A stretch of 58,524 bases of DNA, from positions 1 through 58,524 of the forward strand of contig JBBEBC010000153.1 of assembly GCA_040882555.1 (NCBI GenBank), written 5' to 3'. The stretch comes from Bacteroidia bacterium. Its GTDB lineage: Bacteria > Bacteroidota > Bacteroidia > M30B66. A model generated the notes under the pieces. It did not search any database and was not told where the DNA came from. It was given only the letters and a program-made list of their open reading frames with translations. A program made the position numbers and the translations under genes. Shown in pieces: positions 9,801 to 19,597 of this stretch (position 1 is its first letter; each line of letters starts with the position of its first letter).

Positions 9801-12800
9801 CATTTACAGATGAAGGGATTCCACCAACCGGTACCCAAACATTGTTAAAATAACGTCCAGCCACATAATTTGCTTCGTTACCAGAAAGAGCGTCTCCTAA
9901 GAAATAGTTGTATTCATGTGAATAATTGGCAGAAGGAGAGAAGCCAGTAGAATTAACACTCCAATAGAACTTTAATTCCTTATCTAAAGCATCTGTTGTT
10001 GCAGGGTGTTTAATATTTATTGGTTTAGCTGTTATAGAACCAGTTGCGGAATTAGAACTGATAGTATGTGTTGCAGGGGTATATTTAAGAGTTGTTCCAA
10101 AAGGGAAGGTGAAACTACCAGCGCTTGCAGGGAATAATTTTTTAATACCCGCATCTGATACAACTCCATTTAAACGAATCATCATATTAGAATTCATTGT
10201 ACCACTGATTGTTGCGGTTTCGCCAATGGTTAATAGATGATTATTTATATATAGAATCCCTTGATTTATATTTAAATCTTTGTTTATTGTTATTGGAGCT
10301 GTTAAGTCGGCACCAGTTGTATTTTCTAAACGAAGATTATCAAAGCTAGCTAAGCCATTTCCATTAATAAGTTGTGTAGATGAACCTGCAAGTATGAAAT
10401 TACCTGTTCCAGCAAGCACATTGACGTTATTCGTTACATCTCCTAGAACAGTGCTTGTGTTATTCTGTACGTTGAAATCGCCCGATACAAGATTTATCCA
10501 ACCATTAACTCGAATATTTGAATTTGTATTTAGCATCACAGATCCTGTTGGATATGTATTGTTAATGATGAGGTTTGAGAAGTTTGTGAGGTTATTGATA
10601 ACACCTTCAATAGCTTGATTTGAGCCAGAACCATTTAAAATCGTAGTTTGTGCGGTGCTTCCTGGACGGTATCCTCCAGTATTAATTCCAATACCGCTGC
10701 TTGAATGCGTATTTGTGAAATTTCCACCTATAGTAATATCAAGACCATTAGCTCTGAATTGAGAGTCTCCTTCGATAAAGAAGTCATTCAAAATGGTAGT
10801 TGGAGTATTTATATTATTGATGTATTTATTGGTAGTTGTTCCATCAATTGTCAAATTATAGAAAGGCGAATTTGCTATCAAACCAAATGTCATATTTGAA
10901 GCTGTATTACCTGTTCCAATAACTACTTTTCCGCCTGTTAAAGAAAAACTAGCCGGGTCTAAATAAATATCACCAAAAATATTGCTTGCATTTCCAGAAC
11001 GGTCCAGAATTAATAAGGCATTATCCGACATTTCAAAACGCGAATTCGGATTTAAAATCTCAAATTTAGCTCTATCAAGATTGAATGAACTGGCACCTTC
11101 TGAATTTCTTCCTCTAACTAACACCGTGCTATTACCACTTTGGATGTATGTAAGTCCTCCTTGCAAGGAGAAAATACTTCTTCTAACTTGTCCGTTAATA
11201 TTTAACATGGAGTTGTTTCTAACATCCACCGTCGGAGTGCCAGAAGCAGTATATTCAAGGTCATTATGACTTGTGTTGGTCACATTACCTATGTTTACAA
11301 CTCCCATAAGAAGTTCAAGTTTCCCTCCTAAAATAAGATCGGAATTATTTGAATTGTGCTGAGCAATATTTATAACAGCCCCATTATGATTAACTGAAAG
11401 TCTTGTATTGGCTGGTATAGAGAATGGAAGATTGGAGCTATTATTTAAGGTTAAAGTCCCACTTCTTGAAACTCTGAATGTTCCATTAATTAGGTTTAAC
11501 CAATTTGTGTTGGGAACTGTAATAGAGCCAGCAATGATTAGCTCAGTCACTAAAGTTTCATCAGATCCTTTGTTGATATATAATTCATAGAAACTCGTAG
11601 TTGCTGCAGCATTTGTGCCATCAATTAAGGCAGAAGAGGAGCCAACCATGTTCATCACAATTTTACTTGTGCTGTTTAGAAGTAGGCTTCCATTATTAGT
11701 AAGATTTCCAAATAGGTTAATTGTATGTGTGGCATCAGCGGCATTGGTTGCGTCTATGGATGCTCCAGATGTTACAATAAAATTACCCTTAACATTAAGG
11801 ATTTGATTTTCAGCACTTCTGATGCGAAGTCTTCCTCCATTAACATTCAGGTTTCCATTCACTGTGATCTCCTGGGAATTTGAATTATTTAAATTGGCCT
11901 CTCCATTTGCAGAAGTGCCATTGATATTTAAATCTTGAAAGACGATTAAATCGCGCATAGGAAATCTAATTCTGTAAGAAGCAGAAGGAGATATTACCAG
12001 CTGCTTATAACTTGGAATTTCCATGATTGTAGGGCTTGCCGTCTGAAGTGGCAATATGAAGTTTGAATTTGTGGTATAGTATTCGGCAGTTCCTCCTTGT
12101 TCCAAGAAGAACAATCCAAAGTCACCTGCAGGGAATTCAGCATTTGCTGTTGAAGAAGATATTTTAATCGTTCCAGCTCCTCCTGCTGTAGAATAAGGTA
12201 ATGCTCCAAAATTATTACCTGTTGTAACTCCTAAATCGAGCGTTGAGCCTGCTCCAATTAGAAGTGAGCCTGCCAATGTGTTATTTGTAGTTGCAGTAAC
12301 GGTATGATTGTACCCATCTGCTCCTACAAATACAGGAACGTGATCATTTGGTATTGTTGAAGAAACATTTCCTCCATGTCCAGTATTAGACCAAGTAGTA
12401 GGATTATTCCAATTGCCAGTTGCCCGACTGTAATATGGTATAACAGTTCCAAAAGCAGCTGGCACACCTGCTGTAAAATCACCCTCAAGTTTGGTCCAAT
12501 TGTTAAACAAGATTTCATTGCTTGCTTCAACTACTGCATTTACATCAGGAACTGTTGTGTACGCAATTTCTTGGAAATTATAATACCCTGGAATATAGGT
12601 AGCATTATCAGGTAAGTTGCCATAATTAAATTTTAGATTAATAGAGCTAGCTGGAATTCCAGTGAATCCAGTTTGCTTTACTTTCCAATAATATTCAAAA
12701 GCATCAGGGTCTGTTACATAAAGCTGCTGAGCTGCAACTGGTCTCACATCAAGAGTTCCGTATGTTGTTGGCGCCGAAGTGAAGGTAATAGTTGCCGGTG

Positions 12801-15800
12801 TATAGTTCGCACCTGAACCGAATGGAAATAGAAATGCAGATGTGTTATTAAAAGCTTTTGCAATACCACCATCAGAGAGGAATCCTCGTGTTTTGATGAA
12901 TTTATTCACTCCGAAATTGCCTGCACCAGCAGTGATTGTTGCATTAGCAAGAATGTTCAGCGTATTGTTTTCAATGTCTAGTACTCTTTCTATAGCAAGG
13001 TCAATATTGTTTTGAATTGAGAAGGAGGAAGTGGAAATAATCTGGGTATTTCCAGCTGAGCCACCTCCATTATCACATGTTAAATTGTAATAAATACCAT
13101 CCCCATCACCATGTATTATTTGAACGTTGCTACCATTAAGTCTTACTTTTCCAGAGCCTGATCCAGTAATCAATGTGTTATTGATAACACTTGACTTAAC
13201 GTTTACTGTTTTTGTGCCGTGGTTTAACTGTCCAGATTCCACTAACAAACTTCCATTAAGAAGGAGGGAAGTGGCTGAACCTGTAATATTAAGATTACTT
13301 GTCCCAACTTTTTCTACAACTAAAGTATTAATACCTGTGCTTGCAGCTGATGAATAGGGTGTTGCAACTGAGCCAGTTTCAATTTTTAAGCCCCAAGCAA
13401 AAATACCCATACTTGAACTGCCTGAATAGCTTTCCTGGCAAGAACCATTACCTAGAACTAATCTAAGTCTGTATTGAGAATTACCTGCAGCAGTGGCAGT
13501 AATTCTATACCAGCCATTTGCTTCTGCCGTAATGGTTGCATCTTGAATGTTTGCATTTGTTGATTGAACAGAGCCAGAGCCGGATAAGTTAAACCATGCA
13601 ATTCCCATGTTATTAAATGCCCCAACTTTCATAGAAACACACGTTCTGCCATTTGGCTTAACATACATACTTGCTGTAACTGGGCCTGAAGAAGGTATGA
13701 ATGGAGTGTAGAATCTATGAAAGCCTCCTTGATCCATCTCCATGATTCTTTCTGCCGTGAGAGTATTAATGGGCGACATCTCAACATTTTGATTTGAAGT
13801 TAGTCTCTCAAAGGTGTAATTAGCACCTGAAGTGATTGCTTCGGGCCCATTGTTTAAGTTGCTTCCTCCTGCGGATGCAAATGATGTAGTACCGTTTAAT
13901 ACAAAATTTTGAGGGATAGAATTATTAAATCTTATAGCATTGTTTCCAGAGAAAAGTGTTGCTCCAGATGAAATTGTAAAGTCTCCACTAACAATAACAT
14001 CATTATCCTGAGCATTAAAAGCAGGACTTAATGATGATTGAATTACCAGATTATTCAGCACTCTTAAAGCGGTAGCGGGAATACTTTCTCTATTAGCAGC
14101 AGATCCATTATAAGAAAAATCGATAGTATTTAATCTTACCTGTCCAGAACCTGAAGTAGATCGTCCAATATTAACATTGTACAATGGTACAGAGCTAGTA
14201 ATATCAAAGTGAACCGAACCTGTTGTATTAAAATTAACCGTTCCGCCGGTTACTTCATAATTTCCTTCTGTAGAAGCAACCATAAATCCTCCGTTAGGAG
14301 TAATTGAATTAGCTACAGATTGCACACGGGTAATATTAATTATACCTCCATACATTTGAAAGACATTTTCAGGATAAGGAAGAGAGAATATTGAATAATA
14401 GGTTTGTTCGCTTGAGGCCAATCCAGTTAAATTAAATGTACCTCCGCTCATAAAAAAGCTACCACGATGAGTAACTGCTGTGACAGAGGTTCTTAATAAC
14501 CCTGATTCTACTGTTCCGCCAGTAATTTCAAGTGAGCCAGATTCTCTAATTACAATTGCCTTCTGTCCGTTTTCACAAATCAAGCTGCCTGCACTAACCT
14601 TAATAGTTCCATAAGGTACAACCGCTCCTCCAACTCCTCCATCGGTAACGATTGCACCATCAATCCAAAGAACGGGCAAGGCTCCAGGACTTCCAAGATC
14701 ATAGTTGCCGCTATTGCTTCCAAATAGTCGAGGGATCGTGATGTTAGCTCCAAGGCGTAGAATACCGCTTGAGTTTAATTGGATTGTTGCTCCACTATTA
14801 ACGAATTTAACCGTTGTACCGCTAGCAGCGTTAACCGCAAGTTGATAGCCAGTAGATTTAGTTGATTGAAAACCAAAGAAGGTAGTAGAGCTTCCTGCAT
14901 TAAGTGTTAAAGTAGTATTTGAGTTAGCGCCTTGAAAATGTATGTTTACTGCACCATTTGAAGAGTTACTATAGTCGGCACTATTCGTAAAATCGATTGT
15001 TCCGCTATTAGATAAACTTCCTTGAATGATAACATTGTGTGTTGAGTTTACATTGCCCACAATCCATGAGCATCCTGCCCCAATAGTTGTATTTCCAATG
15101 ATATTCAATGTTCTGTTTCCAGCAACAGAACCAATGATTAGGTTTGCAGTTGCAGAGCCAGTTTTGGAGATTCCGAGATTACCGTTTAAGGTAATATTGT
15201 GGTTTACCGCGATATTACTTTGAACAGAGCCAGCACTTGTTATCTCTAGATTATTGTATGTGTTTAAAGATGACTGCAAAGGAAGAACACTTACTCCTGT
15301 TGAATAATATTCAATTGTTCCTCCATCAGCAGAAACAAAGTTATTGTAGTTTGCTGTTGGTAGATTAATAGAAGAAAGTCTTAACCTTCCTTTTCCACTT
15401 ATTGGTCCGAAAGAGTGATTTGTAGTAGAGCCGATATCCAAAACACCGCCATTATTAATTGTTAAGGAACCAATAGTATCTGCTAATGCTGAGTTAACAA
15501 CTGTGCGGCCATTTAGAATAACGACCTGGTCACCTTGTTGAGGAATCATTGGACTAACAAGGGTGTTTCCCGAAGGATCTGTAGTCCAAGTGTTAATGTT
15601 ATGCCAATCGCCAGACTGGTAAGAATACAAAGCAGATCTTACCGTTGGATCTACAGCTGCCCAAGATCCAGCTAAGAAATTTGTACCAGTTGTAACTATA
15701 GGATTTGAACCAGGTGCGCTTGGATTGTTTGGAGTAACTACTGCTGAACCATTAAATACTCTTGGAGAATATAATGAAACCGAACCTATTACTTCTGCAT

Positions 15801-17508
15801 TATTGAAATTAAATCTTAGAGTAGAATTGATAGATGATAGATTACTCGTTTCAACCACCCAATGTTTAGTTAGGGCATTGTTGAAGTAAGGAATATTAGG
15901 TTGGCGTGAGGGCACTGCTCTAACGCTAACAGAACCTATTCCAGTTACTGAGCATGTTAAACTTGAAATAGTAAAAGGAGTGTAAAAGCCTCCTGAACCA
16001 ACTGGGAAAATTCCGACATTGTCCATATCGGTTGTAAAATCTATGTTAGTGTTACCTTCTTTAAATAAAACCCCTTCGCCTTCTGTGATGATGTATCTTG
16101 AATCACTAAAGCTTCCGTTGAGGGTTGCTTCAGGGCTAAGCTTCAAGGTATTATTCCCTAATGATAAAAAGTAAGAACCACCTGAATTCATATCTAAAGT
16201 TGTTTGAATTCTAACTCCTCCTCTTAGTGTTTTAATTCCTGAACCAGAAATGAAAACAGTGCGATAATTCAAGCTTGAAAATATTTCTTGATCTCCTGTC
16301 CTATTGTAATTAATCCTACTTCCTGCGGTATTTGTGAGTAAATCTCCAATTGTATTATTTGAACCTCCAAGATTTAAAATATGTGAAGCTCCGTTCATAT
16401 TAAGCGTTCCGTTACCGGAGAGATCATCAGTTAGAGTGACAGTTCTACTGCTGGATCCAAATGCAAATGTTCCAGCCGAAATTGTTAGTGTCCCGGTTGT
16501 AATGTTATTATTCAGCAGGGTTAGAGTAGAGCCTGCTTTATTAATTATTAGCTCACTAAAAGTTAGAGCTGTATTTGTATTAAGTGTTGCCGCATCACTT
16601 CCACTGAATGTCTGCATTCCAGTGAAATTAAGTGTTCCATTTGTTCGTGTAAGTGAACCTAATATATTTATATCTCCAATATTTTTAGCACCACCGCTTA
16701 TAAGTCTGAGATTATAATAAGTTGTTGACCTAATGTCTTGAACAGAACCATTGTAGTTTACTGTATTGCCAGAAGCACTTACATTAAATACTCCAGCAAT
16801 GCTCATTGGCGCGTTAGCCCCAGCATAGTTTATTGTTGTGCCATTAGCGCTAGTGAACGTAGAATTTGTGGAATTACCCTCAAGTGAGTTACTGCAAAAT
16901 ATACCTAATGAAGTAGTTGAAGAGTTAGTCAAAGTAATATCGCCCATTATTAGTATATCGGAAACTGTGAAGGGTCCAATACCAGTCAGCGATTGTGAGC
17001 TGCTAGAGAATCGAGCAATACTGCTATTAATTAGGTTTATAGTACCGCTGTTAGATATTCCACCTTTGAATTCGCAATCGGCTGAAATACCAGTGGATAC
17101 ATCTAATCTTCCTCCAGAACCCAATGTTACAGAACTTTCAAAAACAGCAGTTCCACTTGAACTGTTATCTCTTAAAATTCCATTTAAGGTTGATGACCCA
17201 TTCACCGTAAAAACAGTGCTGTTTACAAGCAATGTTCTGCTCACATTTATAATGAGGTTATTAACTGAAACATCTACGTCAGCAGTAACATTGTGCGCAA
17301 TCACAACGTTGTCGACAGAAGTAGGTGTTCCTGCTGGCGACCATGTCATGCTCGACCAATTTGTGTTGGCGGTAGAGGTGTAGGTTGTTTGACCTTTAGC
17401 ATTAAATGTAGCTAACAACAAGAAAATCACACATACATTAATAATGTGTGCGATTTTAATTTTAGCTAATTGGGAAATAGACAATACTTTGGTAAATGTC
17501 TTCATCAT
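6889..17508 (-). CDS. Giant (~3540 aa) T9SS type A cargo protein with repeated beta-helix-like modules
   Basis: Signal region ending NAKGQ; G/N/S/T-rich repeats; LPITLINF Ig-like domain; C-terminal ISPNPA...LPSGAYHLNV...IIKR sorting domain. Start re-assigned to MMKTF at 17508. Confidence 0.88.
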   Translation of the reverse strand: MMKTFTKVLSISQLAKIKIAHIINVCVIFLLLATFNAKGQTTYTSTANTNWSSMTWSPAGTPTSVDNVVIAHNVTADVDVSVNNLIINVSRTLLVNSTVFTVNGSSTLNGILRDNSSSGTAVFESSVTLGSGGRLDVSTGISADCEFKGGISNSGTINLINSSIARFSSSSQSLTGIGPFTVSDILIMGDITLTNSSTTSLGIFCSNSLEGNSTNSTFTSANGTTINYAGANAPMSIAGVFNVSASGNTVNYNGSVQDIRSTTYYNLRLISGGAKNIGDINILGSLTRTNGTLNFTGMQTFSGSDAATLNTNTALTFSELIINKAGSTLTLLNNNITTGTLTISAGTFAFGSSSRTVTLTDDLSGNGTLNMNGASHILNLGGSNNTIGDLLTNTAGSRINYNRTGDQEIFSSLNYRTVFISGSGIKTLRGGVRIQTTLDMNSGGSYFLSLGNNTLKLSPEATLNGSFSDSRYIITEGEGVLFKEGNTNIDFTTDMDNVGIFPVGSGGFYTPFTISSLTCSVTGIGSVSVRAVPSRQPNIPYFNNALTKHWVVETSNLSSINSTLRFNFNNAEVIGSVSLYSPRVFNGSAVVTPNNPSAPGSNPIVTTGTNFLAGSWAAVDPTVRSALYSYQSGDWHNINTWTTDPSGNTLVSPMIPQQGDQVVILNGRTVVNSALADTIGSLTINNGGVLDIGSTTNHSFGPISGKGRLRLSSINLPTANYNNFVSADGGTIEYYSTGVSVLPLQSSLNTYNNLEITSAGSVQSNIAVNHNITLNGNLGISKTGSATANLIIGSVAGNRTLNIIGNTTIGAGCSWIVGNVNSTHNVIIQGSLSNSGTIDFTNSADYSNSSNGAVNIHFQGANSNTTLTLNAGSSTTFFGFQSTKSTGYQLAVNAASGTTVKFVNSGATIQLNSSGILRLGANITIPRLFGSNSGNYDLGSPGALPVLWIDGAIVTDGGVGGAVVPYGTIKVSAGSLICENGQKAIVIRESGSLEITGGTVESGLLRTSVTAVTHRGSFFMSGGTFNLTGLASSEQTYYSIFSLPYPENVFQMYGGIINITRVQSVANSITPNGGFMVASTEGNYEVTGGTVNFNTTGSVHFDITSSVPLYNVNIGRSTSGSGQVRLNTIDFSYNGSAANRESIPATALRVLNNLVIQSSLSPAFNAQDNDVIVSGDFTISSGATLFSGNNAIRFNNSIPQNFVLNGTTSFASAGGSNLNNGPEAITSGANYTFERLTSNQNVEMSPINTLTAERIMEMDQGGFHRFYTPFIPSSGPVTASMYVKPNGRTCVSMKVGAFNNMGIAWFNLSGSGSVQSTNANIQDATITAEANGWYRITATAAGNSQYRLRLVLGNGSCQESYSGSSSMGIFAWGLKIETGSVATPYSSAASTGINTLVVEKVGTSNLNITGSATSLLLNGSLLVESGQLNHGTKTVNVKSSVINNTLITGSGSGKVRLNGSNVQIIHGDGDGIYYNLTCDNGGGSAGNTQIISTSSFSIQNNIDLAIERVLDIENNTLNILANATITAGAGNFGVNKFIKTRGFLSDGGIAKAFNNTSAFLFPFGSGANYTPATITFTSAPTTYGTLDVRPVAAQQLYVTDPDAFEYYWKVKQTGFTGIPASSINLKFNYGNLPDNATYIPGYYNFQEIAYTTVPDVNAVVEASNEILFNNWTKLEGDFTAGVPAAFGTVIPYYSRATGNWNNPTTWSNTGHGGNVSSTIPNDHVPVFVGADGYNHTVTATTNNTLAGSLLIGAGSTLDLGVTTGNNFGALPYSTAGGAGTIKISSSTANAEFPAGDFGLFFLEQGGTAEYYTTNSNFILPLQTASPTIMEIPSYKQLVISPSASYRIRFPMRDLIVFQDLNINGTSANGEANLNNSNSQEITVNGNLNVNGGRLRIRSAENQILNVKGNFIVTSGASIDATNAADATHTINLFGNLTNNGSLLLNSTSKIVMNMVGSSSALIDGTNAAATTSFYELYINKGSDETLVTELIIAGSITVPNTNWLNLINGTFRVSRSGTLTLNNSSNLPFSIPANTRLSVNHNGAVINIAQHNSNNSDLILGGKLELLMGVVNIGNVTNTSHNDLEYTASGTPTVDVRNNSMLNINGQVRRSIFSLQGGLTYIQSGNSTVLVRGRNSEGASSFNLDRAKFEILNPNSRFEMSDNALLILDRSGNASNIFGDIYLDPASFSLTGGKVVIGTGNTASNMTFGLIANSPFYNLTIDGTTTNKYINNINTPTTILNDFFIEGDSQFRANGLDITIGGNFTNTHSSSGIGINTGGYRPGSTAQTTILNGSGSNQAIEGVINNLTNFSNLIINNTYPTGSVMLNTNSNIRVNGWINLVSGDFNVQNNTSTVLGDVTNNVNVLAGTGNFILAGSSTQLINGNGLASFDNLRLENTTGADLTAPITINKDLNINQGILYINNHLLTIGETATISGTMNSNMMIRLNGVVSDAGIKKLFPASAGSFTFPFGTTLKYTPATHTISSNSATGSITAKPINIKHPATTDALDKELKFYWSVNSTGFSPSANYSHEYNYFLGDALSGNEANYVAGRYFNNVWVPVGGIPSSVNAAQDKITLSNVNYINGDFTAGESSEFGIIQTYFSRNATSGGNWNDINSWSTDVVLQHDGPAAVIAPVGKNIVIAPGHTITVTDNGKSAPTSILNGNLILGNTFGHNFGVVSGTGLVRVTPTASTSMLFPGGDFALFNTSGGGTFEYQANSAATMPSQATYNNLMFSGSGQKNLPNQDLQVNGNLSIIAGNVSTVNRKISLKGNWTNQMGLPGFTAGGSGEVILTGLNQEISGATGFTKLIIQGGGIKLLNATTYVTVLELNSGIIKTNSNEIVISFNGNVIGGSSNSYVNGNLKKGIEAGAINKLFEVGDDARYAPVNLIFNGSIIAGGNITARTDAGDHPSMYLSGLDANKSCNRTWTLTPVSIIGLSSYAAEFNFNASDLDPSANTATLSVSRLLSGIWNLETNVTNYPTYLAVGGMTAFGVFQLGEPLNGIIWTGNVNTNWNLASNWQPNLVPSSTDDIIIGLVTNQPNISIGSNGNCRNINMSSGVIVSIPSSHNLSITGNINSNNSTFSGAGTVLVNGASAVLTGSLIVGTNIEIASGAILSFDNGSSADFQRVINIQGQLNINQRPIVFGGPQSGKISGNLTTFENVSLNKTANNLELLLSADMNVVGSLSMNMGDLNLNGQTINFGTTGSLSGETAQNKVYGLSGSIVAQRTLNNINDLDVAGLGLSLTSSSNLGLTDITRGHQQRVFNAGFGIDRFYEIHPTNNSSLNATMKFNYFEDELATNMGSIVETELDLWRFDGAYWNVQWATLDAANNQIVKTNISEFSTWTAGSRDNNALPITLINFDGTCNGSMITVEWSTASESNNKMFFLEESEDAKSWSMVKTITGAGNSTTQKNYSESISSKYAGGSYYRLTQVDFNGNSETFDPIYINCEQSLSNELSISPNPAVDFVNVSITASEEMETQLTLFSTSGQILFSKQARLTKGSNTIRLDIVDLPSGAYHLNVTSNKKIEISGARSIIKR

Positions 17509-17891
17509 GATGGGATAAGTTTTTAGATAAGTTTGAAAACTTATTTTGCAAAACAGTTGCAACGATCCCACCGAAATACATTTCCATGAAACATGTCGAA
17601 ATATCAAAAGAGCTTGTTTTCTCTGATATTTCTGTTTGACAAGAGGAAAAGCGATAGTAGGTGTGTTGCATTCAGTATTGCATTATTAGTTTCGTTCACA
17701 CTTGTACCTTAATAGGTTAAAAGTGTTCACAAAATCTAAGCTTACCAGTTACATGTAAAATGGAGAAAAATTTCCTTGGGAATTTGACAGGAAATCACGT
17801 GTAGTTCTTGAATACAAAGAAAAACACCAAAAAGGAATTAGAAAATTTAATGCGGAATTGTGTAAAAACTTACACGATAAGTTGATGGTGC

Positions 17892-18494
17892 TTAATGCTG
17901 AATTATTAAGCGGCTGTGATATTTTTTGTAAGGGCTTGATAAAGAGGTGAAATAGATGCCATTTTTAAATTCATTCAATTCTATTTCGATTTGATTTGAA
18001 TCTATACCATCTTTCACAAAAACCTCTTTTCCTTTTAAATCAACAATTCTTAATGTGAATTTATCTGCTAAAGGGTTGTTAAAATAAAATTTCACTAATG
18101 AGCTAGCGGGCTGCGGAGCTATTTTTATGCCTGAACTGCCTAGTAAAGGAGCAGATGTCATTATAGTGTCTGAATAGCCTTCAAAACCGAGCTTAACTCG
18201 ATAATAATTTATCCTTGAGATTCGGCTTTCTTGCTCGTAGCTATATGATTCCTCATAATCCACATTTCCACAAATACCAGGATAATAGTAGATTTCTGAG
18301 AAATGGAAAGATTCATCAGCGTGCTCCAAAACTAAATCAGCGCAAGTTGAGCCAGCTTTCATAGTCCAAGAAATTAGCATTGTTTCCTGCTGAGTAAGCG
18401 TAGCCGACAATCCAGCTAATTGTTGAGCAATGGCAGCGGACGAAAATGCAATCGCGATGATGACTGAAATTGATATGTTTTTAAATAAATGCAC
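17892..18494 (-). CDS. Small T9SS type A sorting-domain protein
   Basis: Signal peptide (AIAQ), Ig-like segment with NYYRVKL, and CTD IAPQPA...FKNGIYF...RLIIQH. Confidence 0.75.
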   Translation of the reverse strand: MHLFKNISISVIIAIAFSSAAIAQQLAGLSATLTQQETMLISWTMKAGSTCADLVLEHADESFHFSEIYYYPGICGNVDYEESYSYEQESRISRINYYRVKLGFEGYSDTIMTSAPLLGSSGIKIAPQPASSLVKFYFNNPLADKFTLRIVDLKGKEVFVKDGIDSNQIEIELNEFKNGIYFTSLSSPYKKYHSRLIIQH

Positions 18495-18518
18495 TGATAA
18501 AATTAACGAATATTCTTG

Positions 18519-19394
18519 TTAAATGTTTGAAAATCTTCCAAATACTCCTAAGGGTAATTTCTGAGAAGTGGAAGATTCAAGAAATAATTCACCGCTTTCC
18601 AATTTAGAGTTTTGATGTACTGTATTTAAAAAAAGGTTGTTTATTATCAAAGAAGAAAAGCCTAATGAGTAAGTATTTAACAACAGAAAGTGTTGATTTG
18701 GATTTAACAAAGAAAGGACATCTGATACAAGTTCATTAAGTTGTTTCTCGAGTTTCCAGCTTTCTCCTTTAGCACCGTGACCGTATGCTGGAGGATCCAT
18801 TATAATTCCATGATAGGTATTACCTCGACGAACTTCTCTTTTAACAAACTTCATTGCGTCTTCAACAACCCATCGTATATTATCTAATTCTGAAAGCTTT
18901 TGATTTTCATTCGCCCAGCTTACTACTTGTTTTATTGAGTCTACGTGCGTTACATCGGCTCCGACAGACCTTGCAGCAAGGGACGCTGCTCCGGTGTAAG
19001 CAAATAAGTTAAGAAATCTTGGCTGCTCGCTTTTTACTTGTTTTAGATTGTTAGCGATATATTCCCAATTGACTGCTTGTTCTGGAAAAACTCCAACATG
19101 CTTGAATGAAGTTAGAGCTAACCTTAAAGTCAATTTAGAATGTTCACCTTGATAGGATATATTCCACCTATCGGGCATTTCCTTTAATTTAATCCAATTG
19201 CCTGAAGAGCTGCTTTTGGACTCAAATTTAACATGGGCTCTCTTTTCCCATTCACGATCAGATAATACTTTAGACCATAATGCCTGAGGCTCAGGTCTTA
19301 TAGTCACATATTTACCAAATCGTTCAAGTTTCTCAAAGTCGCCTGAATCGATTAATTCGTAGTCTGTAAATCCTTTTGGTTGTAGTATTAGCAC
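18519..19394 (-). CDS. Class I SAM-dependent methyltransferase (RlmI/RlmK-like)
   Basis: YELIDSG..EKLERFG, FKHVGVFPEQ, LNLFAYTG, IIMDPPAYG. The tracked TTG at 19400 lies inside a TAnnTTTG box, so GTG at 19394 is preferred. Confidence 0.85.
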   Translation of the reverse strand: MLILQPKGFTDYELIDSGDFEKLERFGKYVTIRPEPQALWSKVLSDREWEKRAHVKFESKSSSSGNWIKLKEMPDRWNISYQGEHSKLTLRLALTSFKHVGVFPEQAVNWEYIANNLKQVKSEQPRFLNLFAYTGAASLAARSVGADVTHVDSIKQVVSWANENQKLSELDNIRWVVEDAMKFVKREVRRGNTYHGIIMDPPAYGHGAKGESWKLEKQLNELVSDVLSLLNPNQHFLLLNTYSLGFSSLIINNLFLNTVHQNSKLESGELFLESSTSQKLPLGVFGRFSNI

Positions 19395-19397
19395 GAG

Positions 19398-19405
19398 CAA
19401 ATATA
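19398..19405 (-). promoter_or_regulatory. -7 promoter element TATATTTG
   Basis: Top strand CAAATATA, 3 nt before the GTG start. Confidence 0.55.
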
Positions 19406-19597
19406 GTAACAGTCTATTTAAACATTCATAAGAATTGAACTTTTGTTATTGATGATTATTATCTCAAAGTGCTATTAATCGCACCTTTTGCCTTATGATA
19501 GAGTCTATTAATTAGTCATTACTGAATAATACATTGAATTAAAATTACTTTGTAGTTTGAGCGTTCAAATTATTCATGTCGATATCAAACGTCTAAA

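Noticed and set aside
7283-17383. Many plus-strand ORFs of 60-181 aa inside the giant gene
   Set aside because: They are antisense shadows caused by codon bias, with no recognisable motifs.
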